Below, piece by piece: positions 1-10,000 of a stretch of 64,000 nt of DNA. The notes beneath the pieces were generated by a model. The model worked only from the letters and a program-made list of their open reading frames with translations. It made no database searches and had not been told where the DNA came from. The stretch covers positions 15,135-79,134 of the IMG/VR virus record IMGVR_UViG_3300028454_000499; one strand, given 5' to 3'. The stretch is from a virus (taxonomy: Duplodnaviria > Caudoviricetes). A program made the translations under genes and the position numbers. Positions within the stretch are counted from its first letter, which is position 1. The number at the start of each line of letters is the position of its first letter.

Positions 1-2438
1 GCGTTAATGGCATAGACATAAACCTTGCCGGTTCGGGAGGTCAGCGATACAGATAAAGACCTGTCCGTTGTTCGCCCCAGAAGCCCATCCGTTTCGCCAA
101 TCTTTGTATTTTTCCGTACCTCATAGTACACCACATCACTATCAGCCACATCATCCCAAGCAAACAGGAATTTTTCACTGAAATCATAGTGAAGATTCTG
201 TGGGCAGGCCGGCACCGTGCTTTTCGGCGTGACCACGCACACACAATGCGGTGCATTGGCTTCTGACGAGAGCAGCCCTTCATCCGACTTCGCCTGTACA
301 CGGAACTCATATTCATCACCGATATGCACATTCGGTATCACAAGCGTTCCCTGCGATTCCCCAGCGGATTTCCACGGTGACAGGAAGCCGAGTTTATCCA
401 GTGCTACCCCCGTGGGGATTTCCTGTACATCACTGGCTATGGCATTATTCGTCCGATAGGACACCACGGCAGTATTTACATCGTACCGCTTGGGTAGCTT
501 AAATTTCACCACAATATCATAGGCAGTGCTGCCGTCCATCCGTGTCCGATACCGTGTAACTGCGGAAAGACCACTTACCTGCCCCGGTCTGCGCCGTTCA
601 GTCGATGTATTTTCATTGGCCGGAATATAGTTATACCAACTGATGCCACCGCCTAAATCATCGTTATACAAATCCGGATTATACTGGCGGCCAGATATGG
701 TAAACTTATGTTCCTCCGTTTCCCGAATCTCGGCAATACGGATAGGCAAATCTTTGAACACATCATGGTAACTAACCGTCACCACATCGCCCGGCTCTAA
801 GTGCATTGCCTGGTAACCCGTGGTAAAACTGATTTGCAATGGACAGGCAAGGTTATAATCACGATAGAACCGCGCCAGCCGCAGGGCTTGATTCTGCGAA
901 GTCACACCGTTTAACTGTACTTCCTTCGTAACCACTTTTCCCCGTTCCTTCTGGTCGGAAAAATCCTCGCATAAGCAGGAAACCGATTGCCAGTTATTCC
1001 GTGGGTCGATGATTTTCACCGCATACTTATTCGGCGTTTCCGAGAGTTTCAGCGGTGCTACAGACAAATCAGAGCAGTTATTATCCGTGAACCTGTATGA
1101 TACCGGCTCCTGTTTTTCAATTTTCAGCTTGAATTTACCATGGGTAATGGTGAGATAAGCACAGAAGTTCGCAAGAATTTCCTGCAACCAGTTAATCGCC
1201 GAATTGCTCTGGTCGATTATCATGTTGAGTTCATAGCGTTTGGCCCTTACCACTACATTATCTGCATTGTGAAACTCGATGATTTCATCGCAGTAATCCG
1301 CCGCCTCACGCCATGAATCCTCGTCCAAATCCTCTGCCGTTACCCATTTGCCCAGACCATACCGCTTGGACAGCATAAAATCCCGCAGACAAAGTGCGGG
1401 ATTCGTGGAATACACCGTCTTACCGGTGCGAATATCATATACTTTCTTACCGCGGATAATCGCCGAAACATTGGGATTGCCATTGAGTTCAGCCGAGGTA
1501 TTGAAGTGCATATCCAGCCATGCAAGCTGCGGATAACCACCAACCTCATTGTAATTATCCGGTGCCTCACAATCATGGAAGGTGTACTTCGTACCGCCTG
1601 TTACCGTATCTGCGGTCAGCTTCAGCGGATTATTATAGCAATTTCCCGCCGTTGGCAGTTTCAAATCGCCCGGATATTTTGTGGTTGTTGCCGTAGGAAA
1701 TGCCTCCCAGCCATCGCCCATCCGATTGATATAAGCAATGAGCGAGGATATATTCATCTGCCACTCATAGAACGAACCACTGCTGTTTGCATCGTCCTTA
1801 TTGCAAAGATACACTGAATGATTTACCCCATTAGCCGACAGTGCCAACGTCTTATTCGTAAGTGAAACGGCTGCATCCGTATACTTCCTGTTCTGAATGG
1901 TGAAAACTGCTCCAGACTGCTGTCCTTCCGTGGGGATTAACAGGTCATTGGCACAGACACTTTCAATGCCATCAATGCCACCTTCGCAGAGAACAACGTG
2001 CTTATGCAGCTGATTCGCTTCGCTGTTCGTCTTATGGTAGGTCTGATTGCCGGTTACCTTGCGATAACCGTACACCACAGGGATAAGTCCATCCGATGAC
2101 ATAGTTTCCTGCGCCCGGTCAAAGCGTTGTACATCGGGAGACCCCATCGAACCCATGTCCATCTTCGGCTGATTAAATGCCGTCCACACCGTAGATGCAA
2201 TGGCCGCACCCATGACCGCCGCACCGAAATGAGCCGTGGCAGACAGACCAAACATAGCCGGATTAAACCAGCCAAACGCAGCCAAGCCAAAGGACAACAG
2301 CATTTTCCCTACGCCTTTACCACCACTGCTATGACCGAACAACTGCAAATCTATCTGAAAATCATCCGCTACAAAAGGCTTCAACAGCTCTCTGTCATGT
2401 GCCCTGTCCGAAAGAACATTTCTCGCATTAAAATCCAC
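1..2438 (-). CDS. Phage tail tip / host-specificity protein (gpJ-like, with Fn3-like C-terminal region); partial, runs off the left edge
   Basis: Translated by hand from GTG at 2438 (SD AGAGGTG); the frame is open to base 1, probably why it is absent from the ORF track. Motifs IPVVYGYRKV, YSTNPALCLRDFML, LEPGDVVTV are typical of tail-tip proteins. Last gene of the tail operon in the window. Confidence 0.85.
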   Translation of the reverse strand, partial: MDFNARNVLSDRAHDRELLKPFVADDFQIDLQLFGHSSGGKGVGKMLLSFGLAAFGWFNPAMFGLSATAHFGAAVMGAAIASTVWTAFNQPKMDMGSMGSPDVQRFDRAQETMSSDGLIPVVYGYRKVTGNQTYHKTNSEANQLHKHVVLCEGGIDGIESVCANDLLIPTEGQQSGAVFTIQNRKYTDAAVSLTNKTLALSANGVNHSVYLCNKDDANSSGSFYEWQMNISSLIAYINRMGDGWEAFPTATTTKYPGDLKLPTAGNCYNNPLKLTADTVTGGTKYTFHDCEAPDNYNEVGGYPQLAWLDMHFNTSAELNGNPNVSAIIRGKKVYDIRTGKTVYSTNPALCLRDFMLSKRYGLGKWVTAEDLDEDSWREAADYCDEIIEFHNADNVVVRAKRYELNMIIDQSNSAINWLQEILANFCAYLTITHGKFKLKIEKQEPVSYRFTDNNCSDLSVAPLKLSETPNKYAVKIIDPRNNWQSVSCLCEDFSDQKERGKVVTKEVQLNGVTSQNQALRLARFYRDYNLACPLQISFTTGYQAMHLEPGDVVTVSYHDVFKDLPIRIAEIRETEEHKFTISGRQYNPDLYNDDLGGGISWYNYIPANENTSTERRRPGQVSGLSAVTRYRTRMDGSTAYDIVVKFKLPKRYDVNTAVVSYRTNNAIASDVQEIPTGVALDKLGFLSPWKSAGESQGTLVIPNVHIGDEYEFRVQAKSDEGLLSSEANAPHCVCVVTPKSTVPACPQNLHYDFSEKFLFAWDDVADSDVVYYEVRKNTKIGETDGLLGRTTDRSLSVSLTSRTGKVYVYAIN

Positions 2439-2449
2439 GCTCTCACCTC

Positions 2450-3244
2450 TTATCTGTATACGGATTCAAAGGGTATTGCCGGGAATCCACTGTAATGCTT
2501 CATATTCCCATACGCCTTGCACCGTTCAACCGTCTTATTGCAGCCACGAACTAAAGCCGCTGACTTTCCCACCGTTTCATGGGCAAAGCCCACATTTACC
2601 GTCACCGTATTGCCACTGGAGGACGAAACCACCCGTGATTCCCCTTCCACGCTGATAACGCCGTCTTTCCAGTAATCCTTATCGTGACTTACGCTTAATG
2701 TCAGCGTATTACCGTTTCGCCCTGTCACCGCCACATCTTCACGCGCAAGGCTCATACCACATTCACTGTCCCCGAACTCACTGTTACACGCAAGGCGATA
2801 ATTGCGGTTAGGACAGTTTATCTCCGGCATCCGCGCATTGATTTTCGCCGAAAGCATCCCGTTACTGAATGACGGTTCATCAATGAAACCACTGAATACC
2901 AACTGCACCGCATTGGCATTTTTTAGGCTGTCCGGATATTGAATCCGCAGAATAGTAGCCGTGCATCCACGGAAGTCAAAACCGTTCATCACGAATTGCA
3001 GCATTTCATAAGAGCAGTCAGCCAAGGAAATTTCCACAGCATCATTGATGGTATCAAGGTTTCGCCCTATATCCCCGCGCTGCACCGGCACCGCCAAGTA
3101 CGTTTCACCGGCAAAGGTGATGTTTTCATCACAGGCCGCCAGTCTTGTAACCCCCGTCCGCAGATTCAGAATGTACAGTTCAATGAAAAACGGATTATTG
3201 CTCTCCTTGGCTTTTGCCATGCACACCGGTAGAACAATACTCAT
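2450..3244 (-). CDS. Minor tail / hub protein (gpL / BR0599-like)
   Basis: Cys-rich C-terminus (CNSEFGDSECG...GCNKTVERCKAYGNMKHYSGFPAIP); lies between the NlpC gene and the tail tip; ATGA overlap with the upstream gene. Confidence 0.8.
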   Translation of the reverse strand: MSIVLPVCMAKAKESNNPFFIELYILNLRTGVTRLAACDENITFAGETYLAVPVQRGDIGRNLDTINDAVEISLADCSYEMLQFVMNGFDFRGCTATILRIQYPDSLKNANAVQLVFSGFIDEPSFSNGMLSAKINARMPEINCPNRNYRLACNSEFGDSECGMSLAREDVAVTGRNGNTLTLSVSHDKDYWKDGVISVEGESRVVSSSSGNTVTVNVGFAHETVGKSAALVRGCNKTVERCKAYGNMKHYSGFPAIPFESVYR

Positions 3245-3654
3245 GCTTTCCTCCGGAAACCGCACTTAAAGCAGTTTTTCCACATCGGACGATGATAAAT
3301 CGTAGATTCGCTTTCGCCCTCCACCGTAGGAACTTCCATTGCCAGCATTTTGCCATACTCCAGATATATTCCCATGTGTATGCAGCCGTTTATCTTAAAG
3401 ACCACCACATCGCCAAATTTGAGATTTTTCATATCCACCTTGGTAAAATTCCAAAGCAGATATTCGTACAATCTGCGCCAAAATCGTGGCCTTGCATACT
3501 CATACTCTTTCGGATACGGCTTTCCATCATCGAATGTCTGTGGCCAGCCATGCTCCTTATAGAAAAGCTGAACCAGACCAAAGCAATCACATTTATCAAA
3601 ATCATTCCCGGCATAACCATGTTTTATACCGATGAATTTACTTATATTTTCCAT
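3241..3654 (-). CDS. NlpC/P60 tail-associated protein (gpK-like)
   Basis: DCFGLVQLFY and GDVVVF...HMGIY motifs; position in the tail operon. Confidence 0.85.
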   Translation of the reverse strand: MENISKFIGIKHGYAGNDFDKCDCFGLVQLFYKEHGWPQTFDDGKPYPKEYEYARPRFWRRLYEYLLWNFTKVDMKNLKFGDVVVFKINGCIHMGIYLEYGKMLAMEVPTVEGESESTIYHRPMWKNCFKCGFRRKA

Positions 3655-4343
3655 CAGACAACCTCCAATTCCATCTGACATTCATAGCCAATGATAGTTT
3701 TTAATTCGCGCTTGTCCTTTATCTCCAATTTATCGGGGAATACCACCTTTAGCACCTCGCCATTATAACGGAAGGTCAGCGGTACCCGGCAATGAGCATT
3801 GAACAAGCGTATCAGCTTGTCGCGCTCTGGTTTCAGCCCCGACCACTTCCCCGTAATCATCCGAACAGGTTTCGTCTGCCTTGCCCTGCGCTCCGTGCGC
3901 TGTCCTGCGGTCACAAGCTGGGTATGCCAGTCGAATACCTGGTCCGTTTCACCGTATGGCGCAGGTAGTTCATCCGTTTCAAGCGCAGCAGGATAAGCCG
4001 TTACCTGCCGGTCAACCTCCAACGCCACCTCACAGGAATACGCCTTAATAACGCCGTTCTCACGCTTGCACCGTGGATTTATCGCCTGTGCGAAATAGCA
4101 GACCTCGGTCACCCCATCATAGGTAAAATAAAAAGGCTCTAAGAGCCCCTTGTGTCTGTCATAAAATTTAACCAGGTCCGCAAGCTGCAATCCACTTACC
4201 GTAAAACTATAGGTTTTCTTCGCATGAATCCTGCGGCGGTAATACTGCTTCGTATAATTTTCCGATGCCATTGCCTTGGAATCCCATTGATAGCCAATGG
4301 TCACATCACCGTATGGCGTAAACTTGAAAACTTCCATGTACAT
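3654..4343 (-). CDS. Distal tail protein (gpM / DUF2460-like, two similar halves)
   Basis: First tail gene after the tape measure and morons; GGAGG SD before ATG 4343; F.FTYDG / F.FRYNG repeated. Confidence 0.6.
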   Translation of the reverse strand: MYMEVFKFTPYGDVTIGYQWDSKAMASENYTKQYYRRRIHAKKTYSFTVSGLQLADLVKFYDRHKGLLEPFYFTYDGVTEVCYFAQAINPRCKRENGVIKAYSCEVALEVDRQVTAYPAALETDELPAPYGETDQVFDWHTQLVTAGQRTERRARQTKPVRMITGKWSGLKPERDKLIRLFNAHCRVPLTFRYNGEVLKVVFPDKLEIKDKRELKTIIGYECQMELEVV

Positions 4344-4616
4344 ACCTCCGTTTCTTCGTTGTTTACTAATAGATAGCCCTTGCCCCCTACCCCATAGCTT
4401 CCTCACAATTTCCCAGAAAAGAAACCATGTATACTATGGAGCACATGGCAAAGAAAAGAAATCAGAGCATAGGGACTTGCACCCTACACCCTTAATAAAA
4501 AAAAGCAGGGTTTTCGCAACCCTGTTTCGGAAATTTTTTCTTTTTTGCAGGAGTTTCCGAATCATTTGTTGAATACCCTCATGGGATTTCAAAGAATGAT
4601 GAAAGGGGAAGATTAT

Positions 4617-5441
4617 ATGAAATTAAAACGCGCAATCGCCATGTTAGTTTCAGTTGTGGCGATTTTTGCTCTTGTAGGATGCGGAGGTCCTAAGACTGTA
4701 CAGAACCAACAAATGACTCTAAACCTAGCCTACGGTGATAAAACCGGCACATATAGCGGCGAAGTCAATGACCAAAACATTCCAAATGGCAAGGGTAAGT
4801 TTGAAACTAAAAATTCAGCTGGAGAGCCTTGGGTATACGAAGGAATGTTCAAAGATGGACATTTTGAAGGTCAAGGAAAAACCACATGGCCAAATGTTAA
4901 TCAGATTGAAGAAGGGACCTATTCTAATGACCGCTTGAATGGTCAAGGGAAAAAGACCGTAACTATCAATGGCAAACAAGATACCTATGAAGGTGAGTTT
5001 GTTGCTGGTCTCCCAATGAAATCTGAAACAGTTGGACTTAACACTGATGTTTCATATGCAGAATGGACTTACAAAGTTACCGATGTAAAAACACAGAAAA
5101 CTGCCGGCAATAAGCAGGCTTCTGGTCAATATCTCATTTTGACAATGGATGCTCAAAATAACGGTCAGCAAACTCGTCAGCCTGGTGGTGGAAACTTCTA
5201 TGTTCTCGCTGATATAACTAATGGCAGAGTATTCCAAATGGATACCGATGCACCTCTGCAAATCAGACTGACAACAAAAGCCTTTAATACTCCATGGTTC
5301 TTGTCCGAAGTAAACCCAGGTAACAAAGCTGTTGGCTTCTTGGTTATCTTTGATATACCAGAAGATGCAGATATTAACAATCTTGTCCTTTTGCCTAACC
5401 AAAGCAAAGGCGATGTTACCCCAATTAAACTCCAGAAATAA
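4617..5441 (+). CDS. Lipoprotein with MORN-like repeats and a DUF4352-like C-terminal domain (moron)
   Basis: Lipobox ALVGC; repeats YSGEV..GKG / YEGMF..GQG / EEGTY..GQG; opposite strand to the tail operon. Confidence 0.75.
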   Translation: MKLKRAIAMLVSVVAIFALVGCGGPKTVQNQQMTLNLAYGDKTGTYSGEVNDQNIPNGKGKFETKNSAGEPWVYEGMFKDGHFEGQGKTTWPNVNQIEEGTYSNDRLNGQGKKTVTINGKQDTYEGEFVAGLPMKSETVGLNTDVSYAEWTYKVTDVKTQKTAGNKQASGQYLILTMDAQNNGQQTRQPGGGNFYVLADITNGRVFQMDTDAPLQIRLTTKAFNTPWFLSEVNPGNKAVGFLVIFDIPEDADINNLVLLPNQSKGDVTPIKLQK

Positions 5442-5472
5442 AAAAAGCCCCCATCAAAATGATGGGGGTTTA
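5442..5472. terminator. Bidirectional intrinsic terminator
   Basis: aaaaaagCCCCCATC-aaaat-GATGGGGGtttatt. Confidence 0.75.
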
Positions 5473-5522
5473 TTGTGTCTAAATCAGCCTTTACTAGCAA
5501 CCCTGTTCAGAAAAATATTATC

Positions 5523-5894
5523 CTACCTGTCGATTTTCTTTTTGTAGCGGATGTTTACCCCTTCGATAAGGAATTCTCGCAGTTTCTCATTGTCAAATAA
5601 CGCGGATGGCGTACAGTCCTCTGGGTATTCCTCTGGTATCCAGTCCGTATACAAATTGAACGCCAGCATAATGGTACGCCTTGCTAGTGGCGTAACCCAG
5701 GCATAGGACAGACAGGCAGGTTTAATTTCATCGTTTTCAAAGTCGAATATATCACGGATGTGTTCTCGTGTTACCTTTAATAAACCAAGCAGATACACCA
5801 GTGCCACCCTCTTTGGTTCTGCTTTGTGCCAATAACCGTAATTTCCAATGAACTCTTGATGCCCTAGACTGCTATACTTACTAAAGTATTCCAT
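5523..5894 (-). CDS. Hypothetical protein (DUF6075-like)
   Basis: ALVYLLG...TREHIRDIFDF...MLAFNLY...IRY pattern recalled from this Firmicutes mobile-element family. Confidence 0.55.
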   Translation of the reverse strand: MEYFSKYSSLGHQEFIGNYGYWHKAEPKRVALVYLLGLLKVTREHIRDIFDFENDEIKPACLSYAWVTPLARRTIMLAFNLYTDWIPEEYPEDCTPSALFDNEKLREFLIEGVNIRYKKKIDR

Positions 5895-5965
5895 CCTTAC
5901 CCCTCCACAAAATGCGAATATACAAAACATCCCACACCTTGAATAAGATGTGGGATTTCGTAGTT

Positions 5966-6169
5966 TTAGCCTTTGATGGATGCCAGAACATCTTCTGCGG
6001 TCAAATTGTTTGCTGCCATGTATTCAGTAAGTTCCTTGTAATCATCAGATGCCTTCTTAGCTTTCAACTCGCCAAGTTGGGATTTGAGAGCCTTAATTTC
6101 ATTCTGCTTCTTCTCAATCTTTGCTTCGATAGCACTGATTTTTTCTTCGTAGTTTGCTTTTCTTGCCAT
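5966..6169 (-). CDS. Small coiled-coil hypothetical protein
   Basis: GGAGG-like SD, heptad pattern (ISAIEAKIEKKQNEIKALKSQL). Confidence 0.6.
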   Translation of the reverse strand: MARKANYEEKISAIEAKIEKKQNEIKALKSQLGELKAKKASDDYKELTEYMAANNLTAEDVLASIKG

Positions 6170-6271
6170 TATAACATTCCTCCTAAACAAATATAGCTAC
6201 ATTTTAAGATAAAATCGCTAATTTATCAAGTATTTTATCTACAGGAAATAATCGACTTATATTTGCTAACA

Positions 6272-6949
6272 TCAAATTGGTTCATTCTTACCATTTGATA
6301 CTGCCGTGAACGTCCCTGTTTCCGACGTGTAATTTACCATGCAATTCGCTCCATTCCCCATAATAACTACATGGTAAGATTCTATCTTTGCACCTAAATC
6401 CGTGTTTATTAGGAGTTGTAATTTTTCTTTACCTAAATTTTTTGCTCCATCTAAGTCAACACCATTTGCTCTAAAATCAAACGATACCATGAACGTATCA
6501 TCGCTCATTAAGGAAATCGAAATATTTTTTGCTTCTGGAATAACGGACTGTACTTTCTTAGCAATTTCTTTCTTTGTTGGTTCTACAAGTTTTATTTTTT
6601 CTTCTGTTTCCTTCATCAATTTTTCAGCAGCTTCCTTGTCAGCCTTTTCCTTTGACTCCTGCTCTAATTTCGCATTTTTCTCTGCTTCTTCCTGCTCTGC
6701 TTTAGCTTGTTTTTCGGCCTCCTCTTTCGCCTTCTTGTCGGCTTTTTCCTGTGCCTCTTGCGCCTTTTTTGCTTCCATAGCGGCCTTTTCTTCTGGCGTA
6801 GGTGGTGGCATAAGGACAAAGCTCAAAACAATAGCTACTGCACCAGCAATTCCAAATATTTTTTTATCCTTCTTCCTAAACCAACGCCACAAAAACACTA
6901 ACCACGAAATACCTCCCGCCAAGAATAATAATGTTGCGAATCCTCTCAA
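6272..6949 (-). CDS. Membrane-anchored protein with charged coiled-coil stalk (moron)
   Basis: Two N-terminal hydrophobic segments, PPP linker, EK/A-rich stalk, globular C-terminus; low GC. Confidence 0.65.
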   Translation of the reverse strand: MRGFATLLFLAGGISWLVFLWRWFRKKDKKIFGIAGAVAIVLSFVLMPPPTPEEKAAMEAKKAQEAQEKADKKAKEEAEKQAKAEQEEAEKNAKLEQESKEKADKEAAEKLMKETEEKIKLVEPTKKEIAKKVQSVIPEAKNISISLMSDDTFMVSFDFRANGVDLDGAKNLGKEKLQLLINTDLGAKIESYHVVIMGNGANCMVNYTSETGTFTAVSNGKNEPI

Positions 6950-7060
6950 TTCTTATTCCTCCCTATACTTCAATCCTTAATAAGTATTCGTTGCACGTCT
7001 TGCTTTTCCTGCAAAATAAAAAAATGACCTCCAAGGATTTCTCCCCAGAGGTCATTTTTC

Positions 7061-10000
7061 TTACCGGAACCCCATCCGCTGATTCCTTCCCAGAATAGCG
7101 TTGAGTGCCCGTGGGTTCTCTGCTAGTGCTTTCATCACCTGTTCCGAAGATGCCTGCGTATTGAGCACCACCAGTCCACCACTATTCCCGTCCTTGCCCA
7201 TGTTCCGCAGCAAATCCGTCTGCTGTGCCATAAGGCTTTCCATCTTGGCATTGGGATTATCACGGTTCAGCACTTCGGCTCTCCTTGTCACATTCGTGGA
7301 AATATGCGGTACATACGGCGTGGGGGAGATTGCCCCACCCGTGGCGTACTTGCCGTAGTTCATGCGGTCAAGGTTATCCTTGCCAATCCGCTGCGTGGCT
7401 TCGGCGGTCATCACATACTCACCGTTGGAAAGATACACGAATCTGTCCTTGTTGCCGATGTATGCGAGGATGGAATCGCTCGTACCCGTGCCAGCCCCAG
7501 AGATTGCCCCTGCGGTCTGTCCGCCGGATGCGTAGCCGGGAATTGAACCGCCTGTAGCCTTGCCCGGTATATCACCGCCACCTGCGAATTTCAGTCCCCA
7601 ACGCACGAACAACGCCTGTAGCTGAATTTTCAACAACTGTTGTAAAGCAAATTTGCCAATATCAGCCCAGAGTTCCTTGAAGGATTCACTAAAGGATTTC
7701 CCTGCGGTCAGCACATTGGAGAACATATTAACCGTGCCATCGAGAATCATCTTATTGAATTCCAGCTCCACCTTGCGGATTTCCTTTTCCTTCTCCGTAA
7801 GTGCTCTCGTGGTTTCATTGACCTCTTTCCGCGTATCCTGCTCTGCCTGTGTACCTACGTTTGCCAGCGACTTCCATTCCAGCCCCAGACGTTTGACTTC
7901 GGTTTCCTGCTTCGTGATTTCATCGGTCAAAGCCTCGTTGCTGCCACCACTTGCCTTGGCTTTCAGTTCCTCCAACTTGTCTACCGCCGCCTCATACTCG
8001 GTCAGCTTGTTTTCCCGCTGAATATCGCCGTCCTTCTTCGCCTCCAGAGCCGCAGCCTGCTTGCGTTCCAACTGGTCACGCAGAATATCCCGTTGGGCTT
8101 CCAAGACGTCCCTGTTGCCACGAGGGTTATCATCACCATAGGGATGGGCGAGTTCATAGTCCGTACTCATTTTTTCCATGAGGTACATATCCATTTCATC
8201 GGGATTCATGTACCCTGCCGCCTTTTCCCACGCTTGACGCTGTTCCTCGATAGCTTTCGTGGTCTGCAAGATTTTCTGCCGGATTTTTTCTTCGTCATCC
8301 ACCTGTTTCTTGAAGGAATCAACACCAGCTAGGTCAGCCAATGCTTTTTTCTCGGCAGGAACCAGCTTTTCCCATGTAGTTCCACGCTTTTCCAGCATTT
8401 CCTCAATATCCTTATGGGTATTCAGAAATGCCTTGATGCCCTTCTGCGTAGAATCCAGAGAGGTTTCCAAAATCTGCTTGGCTACCTTATGGGATGCCAG
8501 TTTCAGTTCTGCCACCGCAAGATTAGCCCTGTCTTGCCCAGCAGTCCCGCCATTGAGGAAATCTTGGGACTTGGCTTTCCATGTAGCTATATCAGCACGT
8601 TCATTGGCTCTCTGTTCCTCCCAAAGAGCCTCTTGATACGGGTCAAGCTGAAAATCGTTGATGGACTTCGGCTTTTTCTTACCGCCGCGGACACTCGTGG
8701 TATACGGCTTGCCGGCCAGTTCATTTACCGAGATAACCCCTTCGATACCGGAACTTGCAAAGGCAGTTTCCCAGTTCGTACCATAGTAAGCCGATTTTCT
8801 TCCCTGTCCGGCTGCCGCATAATAACCTTCGCCATTTTCACCAATCATAATCACATGACCGGCCTTGCCACTGCCATCGGTATTCGTCAGCCCAATGTCA
8901 CCGGCTTTCGGGATATACGCGCCGGATTGCACCTCGGAATACGGATGGAACGCATAAGAAGCATTGGTGCTCCAGTCCGGTGCCCATGCACCGAGATTAT
9001 TTACCGTATCCTCGTCCACCCCGGCGTTAATCAAGGCTTTCTGGATAAGCGTAGTGCATACCTTCTGCGTAGCATCGCGCCAAGAAGAACCGCCGTAGGC
9101 TTGTCCCAGTTCAGCCTTGACACCAGCGATGACATCATCATTGAACGAACCGGGCAGACCGAATTCGTCATCCTTACCGAAATCAAAGGATGCTTTCTGT
9201 GCCTGGTAATTCTTACGCACCTGTGCCACATAGCTGTCACTGCCGCCGTTATACGCACGGACAGCTTTCCAGAGTTCACCCGTACTATCGAACTTCTCTG
9301 CCAAAAGACGTACTGCCGTCATAGCATTGTTCAAGGGTACTGCAATATCCCCGGTGCCAAAGCGTTCTGCATCAGCGCGGGTTACCTGGAACATACCGAA
9401 ATGACCGGAGCCAGCGTAATCCTCCAGAAGATTACCATTGGCATCATATTGGCGAATCGTGGTATCACCGCCGGATTCCCGTGCGGCAATGGCACGGAGC
9501 AAAGGTTCGGTAAACTGATACCGCTGGGCAATGTCAGACTGTGCCGCCTCATGGATTGCCGCCGAAAGTTCGTCCTGCGAGTAATCAATGAGTGTCTTTC
9601 CGTGGTGTCCTTTACCGGATTGCTTGGTCTTGCCATAGTTATTGTTATCCGGCGTAGCCGTAGAATCCGTCTTAGCTGCCTCGGTTTCGACATTGGACAG
9701 CCTTACCCCGGCTTCTTCTACAGTTTTCTCCTGCTGGGCAAGCAGGGATTCCAAATCGGCTTCCTTTACCTCTAACGCCGCCAGTTCCTGCTCCAGTACA
9801 TCCGTGTTTCCGTTCTCTTTGGCACGGGATACCGCCCTGTCCTTTTTGGCAGCCCACTGGTTGTAGTTTTCACTGGCCTGTGCCCTCACGGCATCCACGC
9901 CACCAAGATTATCCACCGTCCAATCATCCAGCCAGCCGGAAACACCTCGTCCATCCTCATGGTAAGTATTAGCCATAGCCAGCAGTTTATTGGCGGTTTC

